NCBI GenBank assembly: GCA_964651115.1
Contig: CAZYXJ010000002.1
Coordinates: 48,338-112,337, forward strand
Direction of reading: 5' to 3'
Source: an uncultured Candidatus Saccharibacteria bacterium
Lineage (GTDB): Bacteria > Patescibacteriota > Minisyncoccia > Phycocordibacterales > JACOZG01
DNA length: 64,000 bases
The position numbers and the translations under genes are program-made. Below the pieces are notes generated by a model. It was not told the DNA's origin. It saw nothing but the letters and a program-made list of their open reading frames with translations, and searched no databases. This document shows positions 36,318-45,132 of the stretch, piece by piece. Numbering within the stretch: position 1 is the first letter of the stretch; each line of letters starts with the position of its first letter.

Positions 36318-37230
36318 AGGGGAGAGGAAGACCTTTTTTTAGGTTCTCCCTCTCTTCCCTTGAGAGCGGTTGAATTGTTAATTTGGCGGTCGTTGGAAAA
36401 ATCCCCAACGACTGCAGGCGAAACTTTTTGTCGTTTTCGCCTATTTTCCCCACCTTTCTTTCGACTTCTGGTGAAATTTCCCGTTCCTTCCCCGAGGCGT
36501 TTTGGCAGAGAGTTCTGCCGCTTACCTCAAGTTTGAATCTTACCAGGGGAGGGATTTCGATCCATCTGCTCCACCTCTCTACCGGAACCTCGATCAACTC
36601 GGTCACAGTGGAGGTTGGCGTGGCGATGGACGTATTCTCCACGGGAGCGGGTTGTTTGGCGTAGGCGCGCTCCCGCCCCAGATCGTTGAGGGACAATTTC
36701 CCCATCCCCCAGGTGTCGGCGTAAGCCAACGCCACGAAGGCGATCGATCCAACGAGGATCCATCGCCGAGCGCTGACGGATAGATTTGTGGCCGTCAGCA
36801 GTCCCGCAATCATGGTTGTAATGATCGCAGTGACGAGCAACTTGGGGGCCCAGGTTGGCACTTGACCGATCTGGAGGTCTCTCCATTCTTCCCATTCCCG
36901 CCAAGAGATGAGCAGAACGCAAAGACCAAAGGTCAAGACCAGCGCCAGGCTGATCTTGATCACGTCGCGGACGGTGTTGGCCGTACCGGACATGGCGCCA
37001 CTGGTGAACCGCCAAATTTTTTTAGCGACCCACACCCCGCCGAGCACGCCAGCGATGCTTAAAACGATCAGCCCATTTAATCGCTCACCTGACATCTCCG
37101 AGATTGGCGGGGGAGAGAGGTCTTTTTCTGGTGAAGGGTCAGAAAACAAGACCCAGGTCACGCAGAGCGCCAGGCCCACCACCGACAGGGTGATCAAGGC
37201 CATCCAATGGCGACGGATGAATTCCTTCAT
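36316..37230 (-). CDS. Hypothetical membrane protein (4-5 TM) with soluble C-terminal domain
   Basis: A 304 aa ORF with hydrophobic helices in the N-terminal two thirds. It is separated from the SPFH gene by a terminator. Confidence 0.4.
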   Translation of the reverse strand: MKEFIRRHWMALITLSVVGLALCVTWVLFSDPSPEKDLSPPPISEMSGERLNGLIVLSIAGVLGGVWVAKKIWRFTSGAMSGTANTVRDVIKISLALVLTFGLCVLLISWREWEEWRDLQIGQVPTWAPKLLVTAIITTMIAGLLTATNLSVSARRWILVGSIAFVALAYADTWGMGKLSLNDLGRERAYAKQPAPVENTSIATPTSTVTELIEVPVERWSRWIEIPPLVRFKLEVSGRTLCQNASGKEREISPEVERKVGKIGENDKKFRLQSLGIFPTTAKLTIQPLSREERENLKKGLPLP

Positions 37231-37381
37231 GATTATTCTCCTACTATTGTAATTGTTTGTGAAAGTCCTAAAAGGTCACTTAAATAATATATCATTAAAC
37301 GCAATTAGTCAAGGGCTAGAAATTTGGGTATAAAAAAGCCGTTCGCGTGGCCGGGGCCAGCGAACGGCAGATGGGAACTTG

Positions 37382-38680
37382 TTAGGAGTTTGACGAGTTG
37401 GGAGGTAAGAGTGTCTTGGTGGGCGGGAGAACGGCCTGGGCGGTGCCCAGTAATTCTCGGAATCCCTCCAGACCCAAGAGCACCACCTTTCCCTCGCCCT
37501 GGGCGATGGCTTTGGCCACTTCAGCCCCTTGTATTTGCTCGGGCGACAAGCCGCTTTCTTCCGCTGACTCTCTGAGGCCTTTGCCTATTTCCGCAATCAG
37601 CCGTCTTTGGTTTTCCGCTGCCGCTTGGCCCTCAGCGATTTTCTTTAACCGTTCTTGCTCTGCTTTGGCGGCAGCCGCCTGAATCCCCACTTGCTCGGCC
37701 ATGGCGGTAGCTTGGGCCTTACTTACCCCCCTCTGAATACCCGGGCCCTTAATCGAGACTGAAAGAAGGTTTATTCCCCAGCTATGATTGGGATTGATGT
37801 CTCCCGAGTGGGCGAGTTCCGAGGGGCTACCCTTTTCGCTCTCTGGTCGTTTGGCCCCCTCTTCACCTATTGCCCACTCCAAAGCATTTTTGATTTTGGC
37901 TTCGAGGTGAGAAAGGAGAAGAAGGTAAACCGCTGGGTTCATCCTGGGTACTAGGGCTTGTAACTGGGAGATGACTATGTCTTCCAGTTGAGTGGCCGCA
38001 GCTTCAATAGTGCCAATTCGCGGAATAAATTCCACCGTATTGGCTACCTGGCCCCGGAAGACGATTCGGGGATCCCACGTCTGACCCTCTATAACGTTGA
38101 GAGGGTCAGTCTTGGACTTTGCGGTCAGCATGACTTTTTCCCACAGTCTTTCAGCTTGCTGGACCTGGGCTGGGTCAGCCGGATTAAATACCAGCCAATC
38201 TTCCATTTTTTCGGTGCCGTCTTTGAATCCGACGCCGCTGCCGAAGACGACCCGGAAGTCCCGGGTATGACCTCTTATAAGTAAAGTATTTTCATCTACT
38301 TGTTCGGCCCTGGCGATGCCGACATTACTTGAGTCTACTTCTCGGTCCGAGGCAATTTCGACTTGAAAATCAAGCCCAGAAATTGTTGTGACCGTACAAA
38401 ATCCTCGAGGGGCGTAGTATAGGCCCGAACCGAGGTGCTGAATCGGCTTGCCGAAAAATAATTTGGCACCGATAAGGGGAGCTGTGATTTCTCCCAAACT
38501 GGTAACGTTGTACCAGGCGAGGGCCGCGATCACCAGCAGAATTGCCGGTATTTTGATCACGAAGAGGTCAATACGGCCGAGCCCAAGGCCAACCCCTAGA
38601 ACGGCCAGGTGGGCCACGATGACCCAGAACCAAAATCTATTATTGTATTCAGAGATTTTGGCTTGCCACTTGTCTTCCAT
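37382..38680 (-). CDS. SPFH/Band 7 (flotillin/YqiK-like) membrane protein
   Basis: An N-terminal TM hairpin is followed by a C-terminal region (WGINLLSVSIKGPGIQRGVSKAQATAMAEQ...AEQERLKKIAEGQAAAENQRRLIAEIG...KVVLLG) that resembles SPFH C-terminal Ala/Glu-rich helices. An intrinsic terminator lies downstream (37335-37375). Confidence 0.5.
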   Translation of the reverse strand: MEDKWQAKISEYNNRFWFWVIVAHLAVLGVGLGLGRIDLFVIKIPAILLVIAALAWYNVTSLGEITAPLIGAKLFFGKPIQHLGSGLYYAPRGFCTVTTISGLDFQVEIASDREVDSSNVGIARAEQVDENTLLIRGHTRDFRVVFGSGVGFKDGTEKMEDWLVFNPADPAQVQQAERLWEKVMLTAKSKTDPLNVIEGQTWDPRIVFRGQVANTVEFIPRIGTIEAAATQLEDIVISQLQALVPRMNPAVYLLLLSHLEAKIKNALEWAIGEEGAKRPESEKGSPSELAHSGDINPNHSWGINLLSVSIKGPGIQRGVSKAQATAMAEQVGIQAAAAKAEQERLKKIAEGQAAAENQRRLIAEIGKGLRESAEESGLSPEQIQGAEVAKAIAQGEGKVVLLGLEGFRELLGTAQAVLPPTKTLLPPNSSNS

Positions 38681-38874
38681 AGTCCCTAACTCCTTATTTT
38701 AAGGTTCTGTGCTTAATTTTCGAACACCGTCCCTAATAATACATATTTTAAATATTGTGTCAATGTCAAATATTTTAATCTATTGACGAAAATAACTTTT
38801 AGTGCTAGTAGTTAGAGCTGGTAGTTCATCGTCAAGAGTGGAAGATTTAATCACAAAAGAGAAAGGAGGGTTCT

Positions 38875-39630
38875 ATGAACCCCAGTAACCCTGCACCCGC
38901 ACCAACGCCGACGACCCCAAATCCAGCTCCCCCGGCTGTTGCGGCCCCAAATTGGAAGGAATCTTGGGAAACAGCCAAGGTTCCAGTCGTAGTCATCGTC
39001 ATGGCGACCTCGCTGTTTTTTGCGATAATGATGTTTTCCTCGGAGGGGTGCCGTCAGTCGGTGCGCAATTTGCGCTTAAGTGCGCAGGAGCGCGACCGCG
39101 AGGTGGCGGCTTCGCCCGTGATTCAAGAGAAGATGCGCGGCCTCGCGAGGGACGAGATTCGCACGGCCACTCAGCCGGGCGGTACCTTGGAGGAGGTTCG
39201 TGGTCGTTACCACGTTACCACCTCCAGCCCCGCAGTTCGACCCCCGCTCGAGAGCGGCATCCTCGTCCAGAACTACTGGATGAAAATGCGCGATGGTAGT
39301 GAGGGCTCGTGTTATGCAGGGGATTCACTCCAGGTGGTGGATCGAGTGGGCGATGCCTCCTGCATCGTCACGTGCGTTCATCTTCGTAATGAGGATTCTT
39401 CTCGTCGGCATGAGGTTGCGGAGGGTCGAGGGGAGAATGCGACAGCGATTATTCCCTACCAGGAGTATCGAAAACTGGTGGGAGAGTCGTCGATTGCTTC
39501 TCGCCCCACCGCCGCGAAGCCGCGGGTGGAGTTCTCCGGACCGCGAGAGATCAAGATCCCTCAGCGGATCGAGGTGGAAGTAAAGTATTTACCTCCACCG
39601 TGTCCCGGCCCGCCTTGCGGCGGCAAGTAG
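38875..39630 (+). CDS. Hypothetical membrane-anchored protein with Pro-rich N-terminus and Cys-containing C-terminus
   Basis: It has a strong RBS (GAAAGGAGGG). The N-terminus is PAPAPTPTTPNPAPPAVAAP followed by a TM helix, and the C-terminus is PPPCPGPPCGG. A terminator follows (39640-39665). Confidence 0.45.
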   Translation: MNPSNPAPAPTPTTPNPAPPAVAAPNWKESWETAKVPVVVIVMATSLFFAIMMFSSEGCRQSVRNLRLSAQERDREVAASPVIQEKMRGLARDEIRTATQPGGTLEEVRGRYHVTTSSPAVRPPLESGILVQNYWMKMRDGSEGSCYAGDSLQVVDRVGDASCIVTCVHLRNEDSSRRHEVAEGRGENATAIIPYQEYRKLVGESSIASRPTAAKPRVEFSGPREIKIPQRIEVEVKYLPPPCPGPPCGGK

Positions 39631-39721
39631 TTTTTGGCCAATCCCCGGCGCCGCGGGGTTGGCTCCAGCAGGCGCGCGTTCCCTTTGGGGTTCGCGCGCC
39701 TTTTTCTTTGTCCCATTATTC

Positions 39722-39805
39722 GGTGGGCGGGAGAGGACTTGAACCTCCACGGATTGCTCCACTAGCTCCTAAGGCTAGCGCGTCTGCCAATTTCGCCACC
39801 CGCCC
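39722..39805 (-). tRNA. tRNA-Leu (anticodon TAG), long variable arm
   Basis: The reverse complement reads GGGCGGGTGGCGAAATTGGCAGACGCGCTAGCCTTAGGAGCTAG..., with anticodon loop CTTAGGA and a long extra arm. Confidence 0.75.
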
Positions 39806-39825
39806 CTTTTAAATTTTACCGAGTG

Positions 39826-39898
39826 CCCCGTGAGGGATTCGAACCCCCGACCGTTCGCTTAAGAGGCGACTGCTCTACCAACTGAGCTAACGAGGCGC
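39826..39898 (-). tRNA. tRNA-Lys (anticodon CTT)
   Basis: The reverse complement reads GCCTCGTTAGCTCAGTTGGTAGAGCAGTCGCCTCTTAAGCGAC..., with anticodon loop CTCTTAA and T-loop TTCGAAT. Confidence 0.8.
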
Positions 39899-39936
39899 AC
39901 GCTTTTTATACCACAGAAAATCTTTTTCCGAAACGG

Positions 39937-40018
39937 TGCCCGGGGTGGGGGTCGAACCCACACGCCTTACGGCGATCGATCTTAAGTCGATTGCGTCTGC
40001 CAATTCCGCCACCCGGGC
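39937..40018 (-). tRNA. tRNA-Leu (anticodon TAA), long variable arm
   Basis: The reverse complement reads GCCCGGGTGGCGGAATTGGCAGACGCAATCGACTTAAGATCGAT..., with anticodon loop CTTAAGA. Confidence 0.75.
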
Positions 40019-40061
40019 AATTTTATGGGATGATCTTAAGGTTCTCTTTTGCTCCACTCCC

Positions 40062-40135
40062 GGAGGCCTGGGCGGGAATTGAACCCGCGCATAAGGGTTT
40101 TGCAGACCCTTGCCTTACCACTTGGCTACCAGGCC
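40062..40135 (-). tRNA. tRNA-Cys (anticodon GCA)
   Basis: The reverse complement reads GGCCTGGTAGCCAAGTGGTAAGGCAAGGGTCTGCAAAACCCTT..., with anticodon loop CTGCAAA. Confidence 0.75.
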
Positions 40136-40146
40136 ATCTTCTATTA

Positions 40147-40434
40147 TTACTGTTTTTGACCAGAGAGCACAACCTCGAGCCAGGGGATGTGCCGCGCGCG
40201 CAAGTTTTCCATCATGTAACCGCGCAAGCCCGAAAGTTGCCGGTGAGCAAAGTCGAGGGCCGCGGCCGCTTTGTCATCGGGTAAAACGGAGATGGCAATG
40301 ATGGCTGTTCGTCCCTCGTCTTTTAATGTGACGCTAGTAACAGTGATTAGCGATTGACGATTAGTCTCGCGATTAAAATATTCGGCGGCGAGCTCGTGGA
40401 GGGCGCTGGTTAATTTGGCTCGACGATCAAGCAT
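40147..40434 (-). CDS. rbfA: Ribosome-binding factor A
   Basis: An ~95 aa KH-like protein (RAKLTSALHELAAEYFNRE...) lying immediately downstream of infB, the canonical infB-rbfA order. Confidence 0.8.
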   Translation of the reverse strand: MLDRRAKLTSALHELAAEYFNRETNRQSLITVTSVTLKDEGRTAIIAISVLPDDKAAAALDFAHRQLSGLRGYMMENLRARHIPWLEVVLSGQKQ

Positions 40435-40437
40435 AAA

Positions 40438-41952
40438 TTATTTTGTAACCATTTCTACTACTTGGATGAGGTCGCCCGGAGCGATCGTGACCTTGGCGTC
40501 AATCATTGCCCCGAATTGGTTACCTTCGCTAACTTCTTTGACCGCGGTTTTGAGTTGCTGGAGTTCGACGATTTTGCCGCGACCGATTTCGGCCTCGCGA
40601 CGAATAATTTTTACAGCTCGTCCGAGGCCGATGGTGCCGCTGGTTACTGCGCCACCGATTACTTGTTTGGTGCGCGCCGCGCTAAAGAATTTTAAGATTT
40701 TTGCTTGACCGGTAACCTCTTCGGCGGTCACGCGCGGCGTGCGACTGGCTACTTCGAGCGCTAGCCATTCGGAAAGTTTGTAAATGATGTCAAAGGTTTT
40801 AACGGTAATTCCATTGATCTCGGCTAACTCTAGGGCGCTCGGCTGGATGCTAACGTTAAAGCCCAAAACGAGACTGCGATTGGAGCCGCTGGCTAGCTTA
40901 ATGTCGTTTTCAGTAATTTGTCCGACACCACTACCGATGACGGCGATGGCAACGTTTGGGGTGGCTTGATTTTTAACCTCGCGACTCACCGCCTCGACCG
41001 CGCCCGCGACGTCGGCTTTGATCAGGACGGGGATAATGGCTTTGAGGGGATCGTCGGTGGTGGTGAGGGGGCGAGTGGGATTAGTTGGGGCCGCCGCCTC
41101 GGGCTTTTTGGCTAGTGCTTCGGCTTCCGATTTGGCGGTGGCGGTTGTAAAGTTGGCGCCAACTAGTGGCAATTCTGGTAGCCCCAAAACTTGCGCCGGG
41201 GCGGAGGCCACCAAACTTTCCACTGCTTGGCCCATAAAATTGTTAAGTCGTTTGATCTTGGCGACTAGTTGATTGATGATGAGAAAGTCTCCCACTCGCA
41301 CGGTGCCGTTTTTAATAATTAACGTCGCCGTCACGCCCTGACGCGGATCGCGGTTGGTTTCTAAAATGTAGCCACTGCCCGCGGCGGCGGCGTCAGTTTT
41401 TAGTTCACTGATTTCCGCGACCAAGAGGACGAGGTCGAGAAGTTCGTCGATGCCGGCGCCGGTTTTGGCCGAGATCGCGGCGGCGGGGATGGTGCCGCCG
41501 TACTCTTCGATCAAGATATTATTTTCGGCGAGCGATTGTTTGGTGCGTTCGGGACTCGCGTTGGGCCGGTCAATTTTATTGATGGCGACGATGTAGGGCA
41601 GACCAGCTTCGGTAATGGCCGTAAGGGCTTCGAGCGTTTGCGGTTTAACGCCTTCTTCGGCCGAGACGACCAAGATGGCGATGTCGGCAATCTGGGCGCC
41701 GCGCTGACGCATGGTTTGGAAGGCGGCGTGTCCGGGCGTGTCGATAAAGGTGATGGTGTGGGGCTGACCATTTTTTTCGCGGACGACTTCGTAAGCCGAA
41801 ATACTTTGAGTGATGCCACCGGCCTCGGAGGCCACGACGTTAGATTGTCGAATAAAGTCGAGCAGAGTTGATTTGCCGTGGTCGATGTGACCCATCACCG
41901 CGACGATGGGCGGCCGGACGTTAGGGGTAGAAGGTGAGGAATTTTTCATCAT
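40438..41952 (-). CDS. infB: Translation initiation factor IF-2 (short form, 504 aa)
   Basis: [16 protein letters not shown] (G1) and DTPGHAAF (G3) are present. The domain order matches IF-2 domains G2-C2 without the long N-terminal region. Confidence 0.9.
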   Translation of the reverse strand: MMKNSSPSTPNVRPPIVAVMGHIDHGKSTLLDFIRQSNVVASEAGGITQSISAYEVVREKNGQPHTITFIDTPGHAAFQTMRQRGAQIADIAILVVSAEEGVKPQTLEALTAITEAGLPYIVAINKIDRPNASPERTKQSLAENNILIEEYGGTIPAAAISAKTGAGIDELLDLVLLVAEISELKTDAAAAGSGYILETNRDPRQGVTATLIIKNGTVRVGDFLIINQLVAKIKRLNNFMGQAVESLVASAPAQVLGLPELPLVGANFTTATAKSEAEALAKKPEAAAPTNPTRPLTTTDDPLKAIIPVLIKADVAGAVEAVSREVKNQATPNVAIAVIGSGVGQITENDIKLASGSNRSLVLGFNVSIQPSALELAEINGITVKTFDIIYKLSEWLALEVASRTPRVTAEEVTGQAKILKFFSAARTKQVIGGAVTSGTIGLGRAVKIIRREAEIGRGKIVELQQLKTAVKEVSEGNQFGAMIDAKVTIAPGDLIQVVEMVTK

Positions 41953-41959
41953 GAAAAAA

Positions 41960-42415
41960 TTAACGACCGAGAGCTTCGCGTTCTTCGGTAGTGAGTTCGA
42001 AATCGGATTGACCGCTAGCGATTGGTTTGGCGTAGACGCTTACGCGATCGCGAGTGTACAGTCCGGTGATCACCGCCCCCGAACCCTCTTCGTTGAGAAA
42101 GGCGGTGGCAAAGCTATGATTGCCACCTTGCCCAGCGCCCTGGAAGGGGTTAAAGCGGATTGTTTTGACGTGTTGAATGCTTTTGCGCAATCGACCCTCG
42201 ACCGAAATTAAATGCTTTTTAATTTCTTCGTTAATGGTGTCGGTGCTATCAATTCGCTTCAAAATCGAGATCAAGGTATCTTCTAGACTCGCGGCGCTTC
42301 GACCACTCATAAAACGAGCTAGCTTCCGCTCTAGCCAGGCGACCCAACCAGCCAAAAAAACGATGACCAGTCCGAGGCCAATAATAACCAAAGTGATGGG
42401 ATCAAGCGCGGGCAT
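41960..42415 (-). CDS. Hypothetical membrane-anchored protein (possibly DUF4446-like)
   Basis: An N-terminal TM helix is followed by a soluble domain with an RFNPFQGAGQGGNHSF segment. The family assignment is uncertain. Confidence 0.35.
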   Translation of the reverse strand: MPALDPITLVIIGLGLVIVFLAGWVAWLERKLARFMSGRSAASLEDTLISILKRIDSTDTINEEIKKHLISVEGRLRKSIQHVKTIRFNPFQGAGQGGNHSFATAFLNEEGSGAVITGLYTRDRVSVYAKPIASGQSDFELTTEEREALGR

Positions 42416-42483
42416 AGTGACCGGAATTATAGCGTATCAAAGCCATCTTTGCAAAGTTGGCGTTCAATCAGTAGAATGCGGAG

Positions 42484-43665
42484 ATGAGACGAATCTATCT
42501 CGATACGGCGGCGGCCACACCCTTGGATCGGCGGGTGGCGCGGGCGATGTGGCGAGCCGGAGCGTTGGTGGGCAACCCCGCTAGCTTGCATGAGGAGGGA
42601 GTTGTGGCATCTCGAGCACTGGCGCGGGCTCGAGCGGTGGTGGCCGGCTGTTTGGAGGCTCGACCGGAAGAAATTGTTTTTACCAGCGGTGGAACGGAAT
42701 CAAACAACTTAGCTCTGCGTGGGGTTGGCGGCGATGGCTCAATCATCACGACGATGATTGAGCATGCTTCGGTTAAACATCCGGCCCAAGAATTAGCCGC
42801 TCGGGGCACGGAGGTGGTTTGGCTCGGGGTTGATAAAAACGGTTTGATTGATTTGGCGGAGCTGGCTCGGTCCTTGCGTCCTTCCACCAAATTAATTTCT
42901 TTAATTTACGCTCATCACGAATTTGGCGTGATTCAACCAGTGCGCGAGATCATGAAGGTGGTGCGCGATCATCGAGCTAAGCATGGTGTGGCGACGCCGT
43001 ACGTTCATCTGGATGCTAGCCAGGCCGCGCGGCATTTGGATTTGTCGGTGGCGCGATTGGGGGTGGATCTAATGACTTTGGGCGCGGGCAAATTTTACGG
43101 TCCGCGCGGCATTGGTTTGCTTTATGTTCGACGTGGCGTGCCGGTGGTGGCGGAGCAGCTGGGTGGTGGACAGGAGGCAGGCCGTCGGTCGGGGACGGAG
43201 CCAGTGGCTTTGGCGGTGGGTTTGGCGCGCGCGCTAGAATTAGCGCGCGCGAGCCGCGCCGGCGAGGCGGCGCGGCTCGAAAAATTGGGAACAATTTTTG
43301 CGCGCGAAGTGACGTCACTGCCCGGCGTGGAACTAGTGGCCGCCACGGCGCCGCGCGTGCCGCACATTTTAAATTTTTTAGTCGACGGGGTGCTGGCCGA
43401 ACAGCTCGTGCTGGAGCTGGATGCTCGGGGGATTGCCGCCTCAACGGGCAGTGCTTGTGCCATCCGTACGGCCGAAGAGTCGTATGCTATAATGGCTCTC
43501 GGGCACTCGAGCGAAGCGGCCAAAACGGCCATCCGTTTTTCGCTTGATCGCACTACCACGGCTCGACAGTTGCGAGTAGTCTCTCGTCACTTGGCCGCGG
43601 TCATTAGTCGCTTAAGAAAATATCAACCCCAAGCTTATGCACGAGATTCCTTCCCTGTCTTATAA
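42484..43665 (+). CDS. Cysteine desulfurase (class V aminotransferase, IscS/NifS-like)
   Basis: The N-terminus MRRIYLDTAAATPLD matches. A PLP-lysine region and a C-terminal SGSAC active-site Cys motif are present. Confidence 0.8.
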   Translation: MRRIYLDTAAATPLDRRVARAMWRAGALVGNPASLHEEGVVASRALARARAVVAGCLEARPEEIVFTSGGTESNNLALRGVGGDGSIITTMIEHASVKHPAQELAARGTEVVWLGVDKNGLIDLAELARSLRPSTKLISLIYAHHEFGVIQPVREIMKVVRDHRAKHGVATPYVHLDASQAARHLDLSVARLGVDLMTLGAGKFYGPRGIGLLYVRRGVPVVAEQLGGGQEAGRRSGTEPVALAVGLARALELARASRAGEAARLEKLGTIFAREVTSLPGVELVAATAPRVPHILNFLVDGVLAEQLVLELDARGIAASTGSACAIRTAEESYAIMALGHSSEAAKTAIRFSLDRTTTARQLRVVSRHLAAVISRLRKYQPQAYARDSFPVL

Positions 43666-44236
43666 GTACGGAGATTTGGAGCCGTTCTTCGATGAGGAGA
43701 CGATGCGATTGCACCACACTAAGCACCATCAAACTTACGTTGATAAACTTAACGCGGCTTTGGAACCTTATCCGGATTTGGCCAAGCTAGCGGTGGCCGA
43801 TTTGGTTGCTAATTTGGAAGCGGTGCCTGAGGCCATTCGTCCAATTGTCCGGAATCATGGTGGAGGACACTTTAATCACTCTTTGTGGTGGGAGATGATT
43901 GGTTTGCCAGGCAGTTCGCCTCGCGAAGAGACGATTACTCGTCTTGATCAGACTTTTGGCGGCGTAGAACAATTTAAGGCCGCCTTTAAAGAGGCGGCTT
44001 TGGGGCGATTTGGTTCGGGCTGGGCCTGGTTGGTATTGGGAGGGGAAAATAATTTGCAAATTACTACCACCGCTAATCAGGATACCCCTTGGAGTGAGGG
44101 TAAAAAACCACTGCTGGGTATCGACGTTTGGGAGCACGCTTATTATTTAAAATATCAAAATCGGCGAGCTGATTATTTTGAAGCTTTCTGGTCAGTTATC
44201 AATTGGGCGACGGTTGAGAAAAATCTTGCCGTTTAA
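43637..44236 (+). CDS. sodA: Fe/Mn superoxide dismutase
   Basis: It contains LPSLSYKYGDLEPFFDEETMRLHHTKHHQTYV and DVWEHAYYLKYQNRRADY, the canonical SOD motifs. Confidence 0.85.
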   Translation: MHEIPSLSYKYGDLEPFFDEETMRLHHTKHHQTYVDKLNAALEPYPDLAKLAVADLVANLEAVPEAIRPIVRNHGGGHFNHSLWWEMIGLPGSSPREETITRLDQTFGGVEQFKAAFKEAALGRFGSGWAWLVLGGENNLQITTTANQDTPWSEGKKPLLGIDVWEHAYYLKYQNRRADYFEAFWSVINWATVEKNLAV

Positions 44237-44262
44237 CGTTAAATGTTGTAAAGTCATAAACA

Positions 44263-45102
44263 ATGGAGGACCTGAATAAAAATCAAATTGTTCTCTTGGT
44301 TTTGCTGGTCAGTTTTGTCACCTCGATCGCCACGGGGATTGTGACGGTGACCCTAATGGATCAGGCGCCGGCGGGAGTTACGCAGACGGTCAATCGGATC
44401 GTGGAACGGACCGTGGAGAGAGTTGTTCCGGGCGAGCCGACCGAGCGGACGGTAATCCGCGAGGTGCCGGTGCTCGTTAGCCAGGAGGAGGTGATTCTTG
44501 ATATCGTACGCAACGCCGAACTCTCGGTGGTGCGGCTGGCTGATGCTCGCGGCGATGTGGCTTATGGCAGTGGTTTTGTGATTGATAGTCAGGGGACAGT
44601 CGTGACCGCGGCTCACCTTTTGCCTCAAGATCGTCGGACTCGTGGATTGAGCATCTTTTTTCGCAATGGCGAGCGAGTGGAAATGAGCTTGGTAAAAATT
44701 TCATCTGAACGTGATATTGCTATCATGAAGCCGGCAGACCCCGCTCGTTTTACGGCCGCCGTGACTTCGCTCATGGCCGCGGTCTCACAGGCCACTTCTA
44801 CTGCGCCCGCACCGGTGTGGCGACCCTTGGAGCTCGCTCTTGATACCAACATTATTTCTGGTCAAACGGTAGTCGCTTTGGGGATGAGTGAGAATGATCC
44901 GATTGTTTCTGGTGGCTTGGTCTCGGCCGTCACCAGCGTACCGGACTTGCCTTCGGCGAAGTTCATCAAAACTAACGCAATTAATACGAGTAATATCGGC
45001 GGCCCCTTGCTCAATACTAAAGGTTTAGTTGTGGGTTTGGGCGTGGAGGTGGGGAGCGCGCTCGCGGCTAATGCTTTAGCCACCTTCGCGAACGCTAATT
45101 AA
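44263..45102 (+). CDS. Trypsin-like serine protease (S1 family, membrane-anchored, no PDZ)
   Basis: An N-terminal TM helix is followed by a His-box (VVTAAHLL), an Asp-box (DIAIMK) and a Gly-rich C-terminus consistent with the catalytic Ser region. Confidence 0.55.
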   Translation: MEDLNKNQIVLLVLLVSFVTSIATGIVTVTLMDQAPAGVTQTVNRIVERTVERVVPGEPTERTVIREVPVLVSQEEVILDIVRNAELSVVRLADARGDVAYGSGFVIDSQGTVVTAAHLLPQDRRTRGLSIFFRNGERVEMSLVKISSERDIAIMKPADPARFTAAVTSLMAAVSQATSTAPAPVWRPLELALDTNIISGQTVVALGMSENDPIVSGGLVSAVTSVPDLPSAKFIKTNAINTSNIGGPLLNTKGLVVGLGVEVGSALAANALATFANAN

Positions 45103-45132
45103 GGACTTGACGCGTCGTGTATACTAAAAAAT

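Noticed and set aside
36383-37252. Several plus-strand ORFs (93-162 aa) opposite the 36316-37230 membrane protein gene.
   Set aside because: They are mutually overlapping and Arg/Gly-rich. The minus-strand frame has coherent TM-helix periodicity and a terminator at its 3' end.
42495-43559. Minus-strand ORFs of 131-145 aa inside the cysteine desulfurase gene.
   Set aside because: They are antisense to a PLP-enzyme gene with clear motifs, and are Ala/Arg/Pro-rich low complexity.
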